Source: Alphaproteobacteria bacterium (GTDB lineage Bacteria > Pseudomonadota > Alphaproteobacteria > Bin95). From it: a DNA stretch of 64,000 bases. Below, in pieces: positions 45,575 to 56,077 of this stretch. The first letter of the stretch is position 1; every line of letters starts with the position of its first letter. The notes beneath the pieces were generated by a model. That model ran no database searches and was not told the origin of the DNA. It saw nothing but the letters and a program-made list of their open reading frames with translations. Where the stretch lies: assembly GCA_963665325.3 (NCBI GenBank), contig CAXXWS020000003.1, forward strand, positions 288,001 through 352,000. Direction: 5' to 3'. Position numbers and translations under genes: made by a program.

Positions 45575-46847
45575 CCCGCGGCAGAGCCCGACCGAGACGA
45601 TCCTGGCGTCGCTGCCGCGGCGGCGGCGGGCCGAGGCGCGGTTCCACTTCTACGGTATCGCCGCCATCGGTATTGCGCTTGCCTTTCTCATCCTGTTGAT
45701 CGGCGCGATCGGCCACCAGGGTATCGGCGCCTTCTCGCAGACCGAGATCGCCCTGGACGTCACCCTGGACGAGAGCGTCCTCGACCCCTCCGGCACACGC
45801 GACCCCGAAACCCTTTCGACCGCCAACTACCGGGCCGTCGTCCGCGCGGCGCTCGGCGAAATCTTCCCGGACGCAGTGCGCAAACGCCGGGACCGGCGGA
45901 AGCTCACCGCGCTGGTGAGCGTCGGCGCCGGCTTCGAATTGCGCGAGCTGGTCCTCGAAAACCCCGGCCTGATCGGCCGGACCATGCGTGTCTGGGCGCC
46001 GGCCGACGATGAAGTGGATATGCTGTTCAAGGGCGTAACCGCCCGTGATTCCGGGCGCTTCACCGAGAAGCAATTGGGGTGGCTCGACCGGCTGGAGGCG
46101 GAAGGCCGCATCCGCAGCACCTTCAACTGGCGCTTCTTCTCCAATGGCGACAGCCGGGAACCGGAGCTTGCCGGCATTCTCGGCGCGATGTCGGGCTCGT
46201 TCTTCGCGCTCATGACCTGCCTTGTGCTGAGCTTTCCGCTCGGCGTGATGGCAGCGATCTACCTCGAGGAATTCGCGCCGCGAAACCGGTGGACCGATCT
46301 CGTCGAGATCAATATCAACAATCTCGCCGCCGTGCCTTCCATCGTCTTCGGACTGCTGGGCCTCGCAGCCTTCCTGGGCTTCATGGGGCTGGCGCGCTCC
46401 GCGCCGCTGGTCGGGGGCATGGTGCTCGCCCTCATGACCCTTCCCACCATCATCATCGTGACGCGGGCCTCGCTCCACGCGGTGCCTCCCTCGATCCGCG
46501 AGGCCGCTATCGGTCTCGGGGCCAGCCGGATGCAGGCCATGCTCCACCACACGTTGCCGCTCGCCACGCCGGGCATCATGACCGGCACGATCATCGGCAT
46601 GGCCCGGGCGCTCGGCGAATTGGCGCCGCTCATCATGATCGGCATGGTCGCCTTCATCGTGGACGTGCCCCAGGGGCCGCTCGATCCTGCATCCGCCCTG
46701 CCGGTGCAGGTCTATATCTGGGCCGACAGCCCGGAACGCGCCTTCGCCGAGAAGACCGCAGCGGCTATCATCGTGCTCCTCGCGTTCCTGGTCGTCATGA
46801 ACCTGACGGCAGTCATTCTGCGCCGGCGTTTCGAGCGCCGCTGGTAG
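45567..46847 (+). CDS. pstA: Phosphate ABC transporter permease
   Basis: [32 protein letters not shown]. Confidence 0.95.
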   Translation: MTDPRQSPTETILASLPRRRRAEARFHFYGIAAIGIALAFLILLIGAIGHQGIGAFSQTEIALDVTLDESVLDPSGTRDPETLSTANYRAVVRAALGEIFPDAVRKRRDRRKLTALVSVGAGFELRELVLENPGLIGRTMRVWAPADDEVDMLFKGVTARDSGRFTEKQLGWLDRLEAEGRIRSTFNWRFFSNGDSREPELAGILGAMSGSFFALMTCLVLSFPLGVMAAIYLEEFAPRNRWTDLVEININNLAAVPSIVFGLLGLAAFLGFMGLARSAPLVGGMVLALMTLPTIIIVTRASLHAVPPSIREAAIGLGASRMQAMLHHTLPLATPGIMTGTIIGMARALGELAPLIMIGMVAFIVDVPQGPLDPASALPVQVYIWADSPERAFAEKTAAAIIVLLAFLVVMNLTAVILRRRFERRW

Positions 46848-46867
46848 GAGGCACGATCCCGTTGGAC

Positions 46868-47641
46868 ATGTCCCCGAGCACGATCCGGCCCAAGCTGACG
46901 GCCCGCGGCGTCAATGTCTTCTACGGCGACGCCCAGGCGCTGAACCGGGTCGATCTCGACATCCGCGCACACGAGGTCACGGCGCTCATCGGCCCGTCCG
47001 GCTGCGGCAAGTCCACCTTCCTGCGCTGCCTCAACCGGATGAACGACCTGATCGACATCTGCCGGGTGGACGGCGATATCCGCCTCGACGGCGAGGACGT
47101 TTACGACCCGGCGGTGGACCTCGTCTATCTGCGCGCCCGCATCGGCATGGTGTTCCAGAAGCCCAACCCGTTCCCTAAGTCGATCCACGATAATGTCGCC
47201 TACGGGCCGAAGATCCACGGGCTGGCGCGCTCGCGCGCCGAGATGGACGACATCGTCACGTCGAGCCTGGAGCGCGCCGGCCTCTGGGAGGAAGTGAAGG
47301 ACCGTCTCGACGCGCCCGCGACCGGGCTCTCGGGCGGGCAGCAGCAGCGCTTGTGCATCGCGCGCGCGATTGCGGTGCGTCCTGAGGTCATCCTGATGGA
47401 CGAGCCCTGCTCCTCTCTCGACCCCATCGCCACGGCGCGCATCGAGGCGCTGATGGATGAGCTCAAGCAGAACTTCACTATCGTCATCGTGACCCATTCG
47501 ATGCAGCAGGCCGCGCGTGTCTCGCAGCGCACGGCCTTCTTCCACCTCGGCGACCTTGTCGAGGTCGGCGATACCGACACGGTGTTTACCCAGCCTGTCG
47601 ATCCGCGCACGGAATCCTATATTTCCGGCCGGATCGGCTGA
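46868..47641 (+). CDS. pstB: Phosphate ABC transporter ATP-binding protein
   Basis: [31 protein letters not shown]. Confidence 0.97.
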   Translation: MSPSTIRPKLTARGVNVFYGDAQALNRVDLDIRAHEVTALIGPSGCGKSTFLRCLNRMNDLIDICRVDGDIRLDGEDVYDPAVDLVYLRARIGMVFQKPNPFPKSIHDNVAYGPKIHGLARSRAEMDDIVTSSLERAGLWEEVKDRLDAPATGLSGGQQQRLCIARAIAVRPEVILMDEPCSSLDPIATARIEALMDELKQNFTIVIVTHSMQQAARVSQRTAFFHLGDLVEVGDTDTVFTQPVDPRTESYISGRIG

Positions 47642-47665
47642 CGGAGGACCGGGAGAAGCCTTCGG

Positions 47666-48385
47666 ATGAATGATCGAGCCGAGCATATCCACAAGGCTTT
47701 CGACGAGGAGCTGCGCCAGCTCGACAACCGGCTGGCCGAAATGGGCGGCCTGGTGGAAGCGCAGCTTGCCGGCGCCGTGGAAGCCCTCAGGCGCGGCAAC
47801 ACCGAACTCGCCGAGCAGGTCGTCGCCCGCGACAAGGAGATCGACGCGCTCGACATCGAGATCGACCTGTTCAGCGTCCGCCTGGTGGCGCTGCGCCAGC
47901 CTGTGGCGGCGGATCTCAGGACGATCTTCGCCGCCATCAGGATCTCTTCCGATCTGGAGCGGATCGGCGACATGGCCAAGAACATCGCCAGGCGGACGCA
48001 CGCGGTAAGCCGCTTTCCGCCGCTGGCGACAACAGCCTCCATCGCGTCGATGGCGCGCGTCGTGCAGACGATGATCAAGCAGGTGCTGGACGCCTGGACC
48101 GCGCGCGACACCGAAGCTGCGGCGGATATATTCGCCCGCGATGCCGAGGTGGACCAGCACTATGCAAGCCTGTTCCGCGAACTGCTGACCTACATGATGG
48201 AGGACCCGCGCAATATCGGGCCCTGCACCCATCTGCTTTTCGTCGCCAAGAACCTCGAACGCGTCGGCGACCACACGACCAATATCGCCGAGCAGATCGA
48301 CTATGCCGTGCTCGGCACCCGGTCCGCGGAGCGGGAGACGCATGATCCCACCAATACCCACATCCCGGCGGCGGAGGGCCAATGA
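47666..48385 (+). CDS. phoU: Phosphate signalling complex protein
   Basis: QPVAADLR, DLERIGD, KNLERVGDHTTNIAE. Confidence 0.96.
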   Translation: MNDRAEHIHKAFDEELRQLDNRLAEMGGLVEAQLAGAVEALRRGNTELAEQVVARDKEIDALDIEIDLFSVRLVALRQPVAADLRTIFAAIRISSDLERIGDMAKNIARRTHAVSRFPPLATTASIASMARVVQTMIKQVLDAWTARDTEAAADIFARDAEVDQHYASLFRELLTYMMEDPRNIGPCTHLLFVAKNLERVGDHTTNIAEQIDYAVLGTRSAERETHDPTNTHIPAAEGQ

Positions 48386-49080
48386 GCGCAGACCGTCCGC
48401 ATATCCTGGTGGTTGAGGACGAGGCGCCCATCGTCGAACTGCTGCGCTACAACCTCGAGACTTCCGGCTATTCGGTGTCCGTGGCGACGGACGGCGACGA
48501 GGCGCTCGAACGGGTGGCCGAGGAGCAGCCGGATGCGGTGCTGCTGGACTGGATGCTGCCCCGCAAGTCCGGAATCGAGGTCTGCCGCGAGCTTCGCGCC
48601 AGGGCGGGCACGCGGCGGCTGCCGATCATCCTGCTGACGGCGCGGGGCGAGGAAGCCGACCGGGTTCGCGGGCTCGAAACCGGCGCCGACGACTATATCG
48701 TCAAGCCCTTCTCGCCCAGGGAGCTGGAGGCGCGCCTCAAGGCGGTGCTGCGCCGTTCGCATCCTGCGCTGGTGGAGGAGAAGCTCGAATATCGCGGCAT
48801 CGTCATCGACCTCGACCGTCACCGCGTCTCCCGCAACGGGCGCAAGGTGCATCTCGGCCCCAAGGAGTACCGGCTTCTGCGGACCTTCATGGAGAGGCCG
48901 ACACGGGTGCTGACGCGCGCCCAGCTTCTCGACTACGTCTGGGGCCGGGACGTCCATGTCGAGGAGCGCACGGTCGATGTCCATATCCGCCGGATGCGCC
49001 AGGCGCTCAACGGCGAAGGCGAGCCGGATGCGATCCGCACCGTGCGCTCCGGCGGCTACGCGCTCGACCTCGACCGCTGA
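48382..49080 (+). CDS. phoB: Phosphate regulon response regulator
   Basis: LLDWMLP, GADDYIVKPFS, RTVDVHIRR, IRTVRSGGY. Confidence 0.96.
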   Translation: MSADRPHILVVEDEAPIVELLRYNLETSGYSVSVATDGDEALERVAEEQPDAVLLDWMLPRKSGIEVCRELRARAGTRRLPIILLTARGEEADRVRGLETGADDYIVKPFSPRELEARLKAVLRRSHPALVEEKLEYRGIVIDLDRHRVSRNGRKVHLGPKEYRLLRTFMERPTRVLTRAQLLDYVWGRDVHVEERTVDVHIRRMRQALNGEGEPDAIRTVRSGGYALDLDR

Positions 49081-49155
49081 GCCGGCCGCAGCCGCCATGG
49101 CGGTGCGCCGGAGCCTCGCGCTATATTGACGGACCGCTGGCGGAGCGCCCATGCC

Positions 49156-49857
49156 ATGATCGACGCCCATTACTGGCCGACCCCGAACGGCTGGAAAATC
49201 TCTATCGCGCTTGAGGAGATGGAGCTCGACTACCGTGTCGTGCCCGTCAATATCGGGCGCGGCGGCCAATTCGAGCCGGATTTCCTGGAGATCAGCCCCA
49301 ACAACCGCATGCCGGCCATCGTGGACCACGACCCGCCGGGCGGCGGCGAGCCGGTCTCCGTGTTCGAGAGCGGGGCGATCCTGCTCTATCTCGCCGAGAA
49401 GACCGGGAAGTTCCTGCCGTCAGACCTGCGCGGGCGCATGGAGGTGATCGAGTGGGTGATGTGGCAGATGGGCGGCCTCGGGCCGATGCTCGGCCAGTCC
49501 GGCCATTTCCGCTTCTACGCCCCGGAAACGCTGCCCTATGCGGTCGAGCGCTACACCAACGAGATGCTGCGGCTCTACGGCGTGCTCGACCGGCGGCTGG
49601 AAGGGCGCGAGTTCATCGCCGGCAACTATTCCATCGCCGACATGGCCTGCTGGCCCTGGGTCATCACCTACAAGCGCCAGGAAGTCGATCTCGACAGCTT
49701 CCCGAATGTGAAGCGCTGGTACAAGGGCCTGCAACAGCGCCCGGCGCTCCGGCGCGGCTACGAGGTCGGGCGCGAGTTCGGCAAGCCGACCGGCCAGTGG
49801 GACGAAGAGGCCCGCAAGAATCTCTACGCCCACCCCAATCCGGGAGCCGCCGAATGA
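49156..49857 (+). CDS. Glutathione S-transferase family protein (YfcG-like)
   Basis: PTPNGWK, SPNNRMPAI, FESGAIL, WQMGGLGPM. Confidence 0.92.
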   Translation: MIDAHYWPTPNGWKISIALEEMELDYRVVPVNIGRGGQFEPDFLEISPNNRMPAIVDHDPPGGGEPVSVFESGAILLYLAEKTGKFLPSDLRGRMEVIEWVMWQMGGLGPMLGQSGHFRFYAPETLPYAVERYTNEMLRLYGVLDRRLEGREFIAGNYSIADMACWPWVITYKRQEVDLDSFPNVKRWYKGLQQRPALRRGYEVGREFGKPTGQWDEEARKNLYAHPNPGAAE

Positions 49858-50321
49858 TCCAGATCAACGGTATGGCGCATGTCATCCTGACCGTGAGCCG
49901 GTTCGAGGAGTCGCGCGCGTTCTACTGCGGGCTGTTGCCCTTCCTCGGCATGCAGAAGGTCTATGACGGCAATAATTTCGTCTATCACGTGGGCGGGCGC
50001 ACCGCGCTCGGCATCCAGCGCCCGGCGCCGGAACATGAGGGCGAGCGCTTCGAGCAGAACCGGGTGGGGCTGCACCATCTCTGCTTCCGGGCGCGCTCGC
50101 GCGAGGATGTGGACAAGGCGGCGGCCAAGGTCCGGGAGCTCGGCGGCAAGATCGACCGCGGCCCGCTGGAGGGCGATTTCGCGCCCGGCTACTACTATTT
50201 CGTCTTCGAGGACCCGGACGGCATCCGGCTCGAACTCAACTACGTCCCCGGCAAGGGCCTGCTCGCCACCGAAACGCCCCTGTCCCCCAGCGACGACCCC
50301 GACTGGGACCAGAACCCGTAG
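49854..50321 (+). CDS. VOC/glyoxalase family protein
   Basis: HVILTV, GLHHLCF, FEDPDGIRLE. ATGA overlap with the GST gene. Confidence 0.9.
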   Translation: MIQINGMAHVILTVSRFEESRAFYCGLLPFLGMQKVYDGNNFVYHVGGRTALGIQRPAPEHEGERFEQNRVGLHHLCFRARSREDVDKAAAKVRELGGKIDRGPLEGDFAPGYYYFVFEDPDGIRLELNYVPGKGLLATETPLSPSDDPDWDQNP

Positions 50322-50336
50322 GACGATGCCGGCTCG

Positions 50337-50789
50337 TTATCGGGCCAGCGAGTCCAGGAAGCCCTGGAGGATATAGACGGCGGCCAGCGTGTCCTTGGCG
50401 GCGCGGCGGCGGCGGCGGCTGGCATCGTCGGCCAGCATGGCGCGCTCGACGGCGTTGGTGGAGAAGCGCTCGTCCCACATCAGCGCCGGCAGGTCGCGGT
50501 GCGCCATCAGGTTCAGGGCGAACTGGCGCACCTGTCGGGCGCGCCGGCCCTCGCGGCCGTCGAGATCGAGCGGCAGGCCGACGACAAGCGCTGCCGCGCC
50601 CCGCTCGTCCGCGGCCGCAAGCAGCATCGCCGCCGTGTCCGCAAACCGCTTCGCGCGCCGGACCGCGCCCGCCGGGGAGGCAACGCGCCGGTCCGGGTCC
50701 GAAACCGCGAGCCCGACCGTCCGGTCCCCCACATCTAGCGCCATCAGCCGCCCGGCAGCCGGCAGGTCCTCAGCTTCGACGAAGGGCAT
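50337..50789 (-). CDS. ruvX: YqgF/RuvX nuclease
   Basis: ALDVGDRTVGLAVSD, VVGLP, WDERFST, AAVYILQGFLD. Confidence 0.93.
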   Translation of the reverse strand: MPFVEAEDLPAAGRLMALDVGDRTVGLAVSDPDRRVASPAGAVRRAKRFADTAAMLLAAADERGAAALVVGLPLDLDGREGRRARQVRQFALNLMAHRDLPALMWDERFSTNAVERAMLADDASRRRRRAAKDTLAAVYILQGFLDSLAR

Positions 50790-50801
50790 GAATGGGCCGG
50801 C

Positions 50802-52121
50802 TCAGTCTTCCTGCGCCAGCAATTCGCGTTGCGTGCGGCCCTTGTATTCGGTGCGGAAGCGGCCGCGGCGCTGGAGGATGGGCACCACCTGGTCCACGAA
50901 CTCCTCGATGGCGCCGGGGCTGTAGATCGACGAAAGCATGAAGCCGTCGCCGCCGGCCTCGTCGAAGAACGCCTCCATCTGGTCCGCAACGCTCTCGGGT
51001 GTGCCGACGAACTGCGGCAGGCTCACGCTCTGCCCGTGGCGGCGCGCCACCTCCGCCAGCGTCATGGGCGTGCCGTCCGTCTTGCGGAAGCGGGTGCGCA
51101 TACGCACCAGCTCCGGCTCCGGGCGCTCCAGCATGATGTCGTCGTCGCCGATGCCTGCGAGGTCCATGTTGAGATGGGCGGAAAGGATGGCCTTACCCCC
51201 CTCGACCGGCACCAGCTCGTTGTGCTCCTCCTGCTTCTCGCGCGCCTCGGCCTCGGTCTCGCCCAGGATCGGCTGCATGCCGAACAGGATGCGGCAGCTC
51301 TCGGGCCGGCGCCCGAAGCCCGCCATGCGCGCCTTGATGTCGGAGAGATAGGCGCCGGCGTCTTCCGCCCTCGGCTGGATGGCGAACACCGCATCGGCAT
51401 AGCGGGCGGCGAAATCGCGCCCGCCGGGCGAGGTGCCGGCCTGGAGGATCGCCGGGCCGTTCTGCGGCGAGCGCACCACATTGAGCGGCCCGCGCGAGCG
51501 GAAGAACTCGCCCTCATGCTCGATCCGGCGCACCTTGGAGGCATCCGCGAAGCGCGCGCCCTCACGGTCCAGCAGCACCGCGTCTTCGTCCCAGCTGTCC
51601 CAGAGCTTCTGGCAGACCTGCATATATTCGTGCGCGCGCTCGTAGCGCCGCTCCGTCGGCTCGCGCTCCGTGCCGTAATTGGCGGCCTGGTTGCTGTTGA
51701 TGGAGGTCACAACATTCCAGCCGACGCGGCCGGAGGTCATGTGGTCGAGCGTCGCCCACAGGCGGGCGGCATAGAAGGGATGCTGGTTCGAGACCGAGAA
51801 AGTGGCCGCGACGCCGATGCGCTCCGTCACCGCGCCGAGCCAGCCGAGCAGCGGCACCGGGTCGTGCTCCGGCGCCTGCACGGCATAGCGCAGCGCCGGC
51901 TCCAGCGAGCCCTGGTAGGTGTCCGAGATGTAGTTGAGGTCGGCGAAGAACACCATGTCGAACAGCCCGCGCTCGCAGGTGCGCGCGATATGCTCATAGA
52001 GGCCCGGCCGCGCCCAGTCCCATGCAGGGTCGGTCTTCGGATGCCGCCACATGGCGAGGCTGTGATAGGTGGGCCCGTGCGTCAGGAACTGGGCCAGGTG
52101 CATCATCCCGCCGCGCGCCAC
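50802..52121 (-). CDS. NtaA/DmoA family FMN-dependent monooxygenase
   Basis: ERGLFDMVFFAD, TLDHMTSGRVGWNVVTS, LWDSW, QAGTS, DGFM. Confidence 0.93.
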   Translation of the reverse strand: MARGGMMHLAQFLTHGPTYHSLAMWRHPKTDPAWDWARPGLYEHIARTCERGLFDMVFFADLNYISDTYQGSLEPALRYAVQAPEHDPVPLLGWLGAVTERIGVAATFSVSNQHPFYAARLWATLDHMTSGRVGWNVVTSINSNQAANYGTEREPTERRYERAHEYMQVCQKLWDSWDEDAVLLDREGARFADASKVRRIEHEGEFFRSRGPLNVVRSPQNGPAILQAGTSPGGRDFAARYADAVFAIQPRAEDAGAYLSDIKARMAGFGRRPESCRILFGMQPILGETEAEAREKQEEHNELVPVEGGKAILSAHLNMDLAGIGDDDIMLERPEPELVRMRTRFRKTDGTPMTLAEVARRHGQSVSLPQFVGTPESVADQMEAFFDEAGGDGFMLSSIYSPGAIEEFVDQVVPILQRRGRFRTEYKGRTQRELLAQED

Positions 52122-52131
52122 CGCCTCCTCC

Positions 52132-52800
52132 CTATCCGTCCGTCAGCGCATCGCCGCCGAAGCGCTCGCGGGTCGCAATCTCGGCGACGCCGAGGCGGCG
52201 GAGCTTCGTCAGCTGGCGGGCCGGCCTGCCCAGCGGCACGACGGCCGCCACGGCGAAGTTCGCGGGGATATCGAGCAGGCGCCTGACTTCCGGCTCCTCG
52301 GCGACCGCGAGCGTGGTGATCGTGCCGCCGAGCCCGGCCTGGCGCGCCGCCAGCAGCGTGTTCCACACGAACGGGTAGATCGACGCGCCGGAGATGACGC
52401 CGACGCGATCCAGATAGCGGTCCATCGAGGCGACAGCGCCGAGATCGACGATGAAGACCAGCACCACGGGCGCTTCCTTGAACGGCTCGGTCAGGCGCGA
52501 TGGCGGCCGCGTTGCGGCGGCTTCCTCGTCCGTGACCGCCGAGGGATGCACCGTGTTCCAGGGGCTTTCGCCGCGCTTGACCTGGGCCGCGTAGCGCTTC
52601 GCCGCCGGCTCGGCCAGCGCCGCCAGCCGGGCCTTCGTGGCCGGGTCGCGGACGACGATCACCCGGTTGCCCTGCCGGTTGCCGCCGCTCGGCGCGAAAC
52701 GCGCGACCTCGAGCAGCCGGCCGATCGTCTCGTCCGGCACCGGGTCGTCCGTGAAGTCCCGGCAGGCGAAGGTGGTCCGCATCGCCTCGTCGAGTTCCAT
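52132..52800 (-). CDS. Nitroreductase family protein
   Basis: APSGGNRQ, GASIYP, NTLLAARQAGLG, PLGRP. Confidence 0.9.
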   Translation of the reverse strand: MELDEAMRTTFACRDFTDDPVPDETIGRLLEVARFAPSGGNRQGNRVIVVRDPATKARLAALAEPAAKRYAAQVKRGESPWNTVHPSAVTDEEAAATRPPSRLTEPFKEAPVVLVFIVDLGAVASMDRYLDRVGVISGASIYPFVWNTLLAARQAGLGGTITTLAVAEEPEVRRLLDIPANFAVAAVVPLGRPARQLTKLRRLGVAEIATRERFGGDALTDG

Positions 52801-52878
52801 GGCCTTCCGTCTCCCCCAAATGCCTCGCCAAGCGGGACTCTTGCAGCAACCGCCCCGCCCGGCAAGAGAGCGCGCCTG

Positions 52879-54405
52879 TCAGGCGCCGTCGTCGATGGTG
52901 TGCAATTCCCGGCGCAGGATCTTTCCGGTCGAGTTGACCGGGAGGTCCGGGACGAACTGGATCTGCCGCGGCACCTTGTAGGGGGCCAGGTGCTTGCGGC
53001 AGTGGGCCACGATGCTGTCCACCGTCGGCTCGGCGCCTGGACGCGGCACGATATAGGCCTTGGCGAGCTCGCCCTTCTCCCGGTCCGGCACGCCGCCGAC
53101 GGCCGCCATCGAGACATCGGGATGGGCCGCCAGCACCCGCTCCAGCTCCGCCGGATAGACGTTGAAGCCGGCGGTGTTGATCATGTCCTTCTTGCGGTCC
53201 ACCACCCAGAGGAACCCGTCCTCGTCCCGGGTGGCGACATCGCCGGTGCGGAACCAGCCGTCCTCGTCGAAGGCCTCCTTCGTCGCCGTCTCGTTGCCGT
53301 AATAGCCCATGGGGACGATGGGACCGCGAATCAGCAATTCGCCCGGCTCGCCCACCGGCGCGGTCTGCCTGCTGTCCTCCAGGGCGCCGATGCGCGCCTC
53401 CACATAGGGTATGGCGACGCCGATGGAGCCGAGCCGGCGCTCGCAGGCCGAAGCATGGGTCGTGCCGGGGCCGGCCAGTTCCGTCATGCCCCAGAGCTCC
53501 AGCAAGGTCGCGCCGAACTTCTCCTCGACCTCGGCGGCGGTGGCCGGCGGGATGGTCTGCCCGCCAGTCGTCATCCGCTCGAGGCTCGACAGGTCGTACT
53601 TGCCCAACGCGGGGTCGGCCAACATGTACATGAACCCGGTCGGCACCGCTTCCAGCATGGTCGCGCGGTAGCGTTCGACCGAGCGCAGCATGGCTTCGGC
53701 CTCGAACCGCTCCAGCAGCACCATCGTCGTTCCGCAGAGCAGGCCGCAATTCATCACCACCATGCCGTAAACATGCGAGAGCGGCAGGGCGCTGACGGTG
53801 GTGTCGGCCGCCGTCCGGCCGTGCATCAGCGCGGTCCCCGCCGTGCCGACCGCGATGGCGCGGCCCGACATCATCGCGCCCTTCGGATGGCCGGTCGTGC
53901 CCGAGGTGTAGCCGATGGCACCGAGCTCATCGAGGCCGCGCGGACGCGCCTCGAACTCATCCGGCATGTTGGCGATGAACTCCTCATAGGTCACGGCCCC
54001 GGCCGGCGCCTCGTTCGCCGCGAACACGACCTGTTCCACAGCGGTCTCCGCCAGCGCCTCGAACAAGGCCTCGCCCTTGCCCGGCCCAGCCAGCAGCAGC
54101 TTCGCGCCGCAATTGCCGGCGATATAGCCGATCTCGCCTGCGGTCAGCATGGCGGTGACCGGGTTGAGCACGGCTCCGGCCTTGGCGGTGCCGTAGTAGG
54201 CCGCCATCCAGTCGAACGTATTGGGGGCGCAGAGCGTGACCCGGTCGCCGGGTTCGATGCCCGCGGCCACGAGCGCATTGGCGAAGCGGTTGGCCCGCCG
54301 GTCCAGCGCGTCGAAGCTGTAGGGCACGTCCTCGAAGATCACCGCCGGCCTGTCGCCGAACGCCGCAGCGGCCCTCGCCGGCATCTCGCCGAGTGTCACC
54401 AGCAT
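52879..54405 (-). CDS. AMP-binding acyl-CoA synthetase
   Basis: YTSGTTGHPKG, WGMTE, TGD, DRKKD, TGK. GGAGG upstream. Confidence 0.94.
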   Translation of the reverse strand: MLVTLGEMPARAAAAFGDRPAVIFEDVPYSFDALDRRANRFANALVAAGIEPGDRVTLCAPNTFDWMAAYYGTAKAGAVLNPVTAMLTAGEIGYIAGNCGAKLLLAGPGKGEALFEALAETAVEQVVFAANEAPAGAVTYEEFIANMPDEFEARPRGLDELGAIGYTSGTTGHPKGAMMSGRAIAVGTAGTALMHGRTAADTTVSALPLSHVYGMVVMNCGLLCGTTMVLLERFEAEAMLRSVERYRATMLEAVPTGFMYMLADPALGKYDLSSLERMTTGGQTIPPATAAEVEEKFGATLLELWGMTELAGPGTTHASACERRLGSIGVAIPYVEARIGALEDSRQTAPVGEPGELLIRGPIVPMGYYGNETATKEAFDEDGWFRTGDVATRDEDGFLWVVDRKKDMINTAGFNVYPAELERVLAAHPDVSMAAVGGVPDREKGELAKAYIVPRPGAEPTVDSIVAHCRKHLAPYKVPRQIQFVPDLPVNSTGKILRRELHTIDDGA

Positions 54406-54535
54406 CGCCGTCCTCCCTGCTCGATTCCCGTCCTCTTCCATCCCGAAGCCAAAGTCCGGGCGCCGGTCCAGCCTTTCCACCGGGTTCGGGCGGCCTATTA
54501 TCCCCCTCCTCCGGCTTTCGGCAGGAGCGCTCCCA

Positions 54536-56077
54536 TTGGACCGCAGCCCGCTCTACATCTGGCTCGTCACCGCGACGGGGCTGCTGGCATTCTTCACCAT
54601 GGTGTTCTCCAGCACCATGGCGAATGTTGCAATCCCGCATGTCATGGGCGCGTACGGGATCGGGCAGGACCGGGCGCAGTTCCTCGCCACCGCCTTCCTC
54701 GCCACCAACACGGCGAGCCTGCTCATCAACCGCTGGCTGGTCGCCCGCATCGGCCAGCGCAACGCCTTCGCGCTCTCGCTGATCCTGTTCACCGTCGGCA
54801 GCATGATCTGCTGGTGGGCGCCGAATTTCAGCCTGATCGTGTTCGGCCGCATCGTCCAGGGCCTGTCCTCCGGCATCGTGCAGCCGCTCGTCATGGTGGT
54901 GCTGTTCCAGGTCTTCCCGCCGAACCGGCGTGGCCTCGCCATGGGCCTGTTCAGCATGGGCGTGGTGTTCGCGCTCGGCCTCGGACCCGCGATCGGCGGC
55001 CTCGCCATCGACCTGCTGGAATGGCGCTACATTTTCATAGTGCCGCTTCCCGCTGCGGCGATCGCGTTCGCGCTCGGCTTTTTGTTCATCCCCGAGCGGG
55101 AGCAGCGCTCGCCGCCCGAGCCCTTCGACGCGCTCGGCTTCGCACTGATCGCGACCGCCATATTCCTCCTCACCACCGGCATCGCCTCAGGCCAGCGAGA
55201 GGGCTGGTTCTCGGACTACATGCTGGCGATCTGGGGCGGGTTCGTTATCTCCACCCTAGGGTTCGTGCTCTCGCAATGCCGGGCGAACGCCAGCCTGCTC
55301 GACCTCGGCCTGTTCCGGAACCTGCGCTTCGCCGCGGCCGGAACGACCAGCTTCGTCTTCGCCTTCGCCTCCTTCGGCACGGTCTATATCTTCCCCGTCT
55401 TCGGCCAGATCGTGCCGGGCTACACGGCTACGGAGGCCGGCTCCCTGCTGCTGCCCGGCTGCATCGTCGCCTCGCTGCTGCTGCCGCTCGCCGGGCGGCT
55501 TTCGGACCGTTATCCGGCGCCGCTGATCGTCTTCGGCGGCATGGCGGCGGCGTTGGTGAGCGCGGTTTTGATGGCGGGCGCGGACAGCGATACCGCCTTC
55601 TGGACCATTGCGGGCTACCTGCTGGTGAACCGGATCGGCGTCGCCTTCGTCACGCCTGCGATCAACAACACAGCGCTCGCCGCCCTCGAACCCCGGCAGC
55701 TCGACAGCGGCGCGGGCGTGGTGAACCTGCTGCTGATGCTCGGCGGGTCCTGCGGCATCAACATCCTGGTGGTGGTGCTGGAACGGCGCATCGGGCACCA
55801 CAGCGACGCCTTCGCCGCAACCCAGACGGCGGCCAACGACGCCACGCGCGAGCTTCTCGGCCAGGTTGGCGGGCTGCTCGGCCGCGCGGGCCTGCCCGAC
55901 GGTGTGCGCGAACAGGCAGCGCTCGACTATCTGGGCCACATGGTGACCGCGCAGGCGAACATGCTGGGCTTCCAGGACGGTTTCATCGCCATGGCGGTGT
56001 TCTGCCTCTTGCCGATGCTGCCCGTCTGCCTGCTGATCGGCAGCAAGCGACCGGGGGCCGCTCCTATTCGACGGTGA
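54536..56077 (+). CDS. DHA2 MFS transporter
   Basis: RIVQG, GPAIGG, WRYIF, FDALGF. 14-TM pattern. TTG start with AGGAG upstream. Confidence 0.9.
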   Translation: MDRSPLYIWLVTATGLLAFFTMVFSSTMANVAIPHVMGAYGIGQDRAQFLATAFLATNTASLLINRWLVARIGQRNAFALSLILFTVGSMICWWAPNFSLIVFGRIVQGLSSGIVQPLVMVVLFQVFPPNRRGLAMGLFSMGVVFALGLGPAIGGLAIDLLEWRYIFIVPLPAAAIAFALGFLFIPEREQRSPPEPFDALGFALIATAIFLLTTGIASGQREGWFSDYMLAIWGGFVISTLGFVLSQCRANASLLDLGLFRNLRFAAAGTTSFVFAFASFGTVYIFPVFGQIVPGYTATEAGSLLLPGCIVASLLLPLAGRLSDRYPAPLIVFGGMAAALVSAVLMAGADSDTAFWTIAGYLLVNRIGVAFVTPAINNTALAALEPRQLDSGAGVVNLLLMLGGSCGINILVVVLERRIGHHSDAFAATQTAANDATRELLGQVGGLLGRAGLPDGVREQAALDYLGHMVTAQANMLGFQDGFIAMAVFCLLPMLPVCLLIGSKRPGAAPIRR

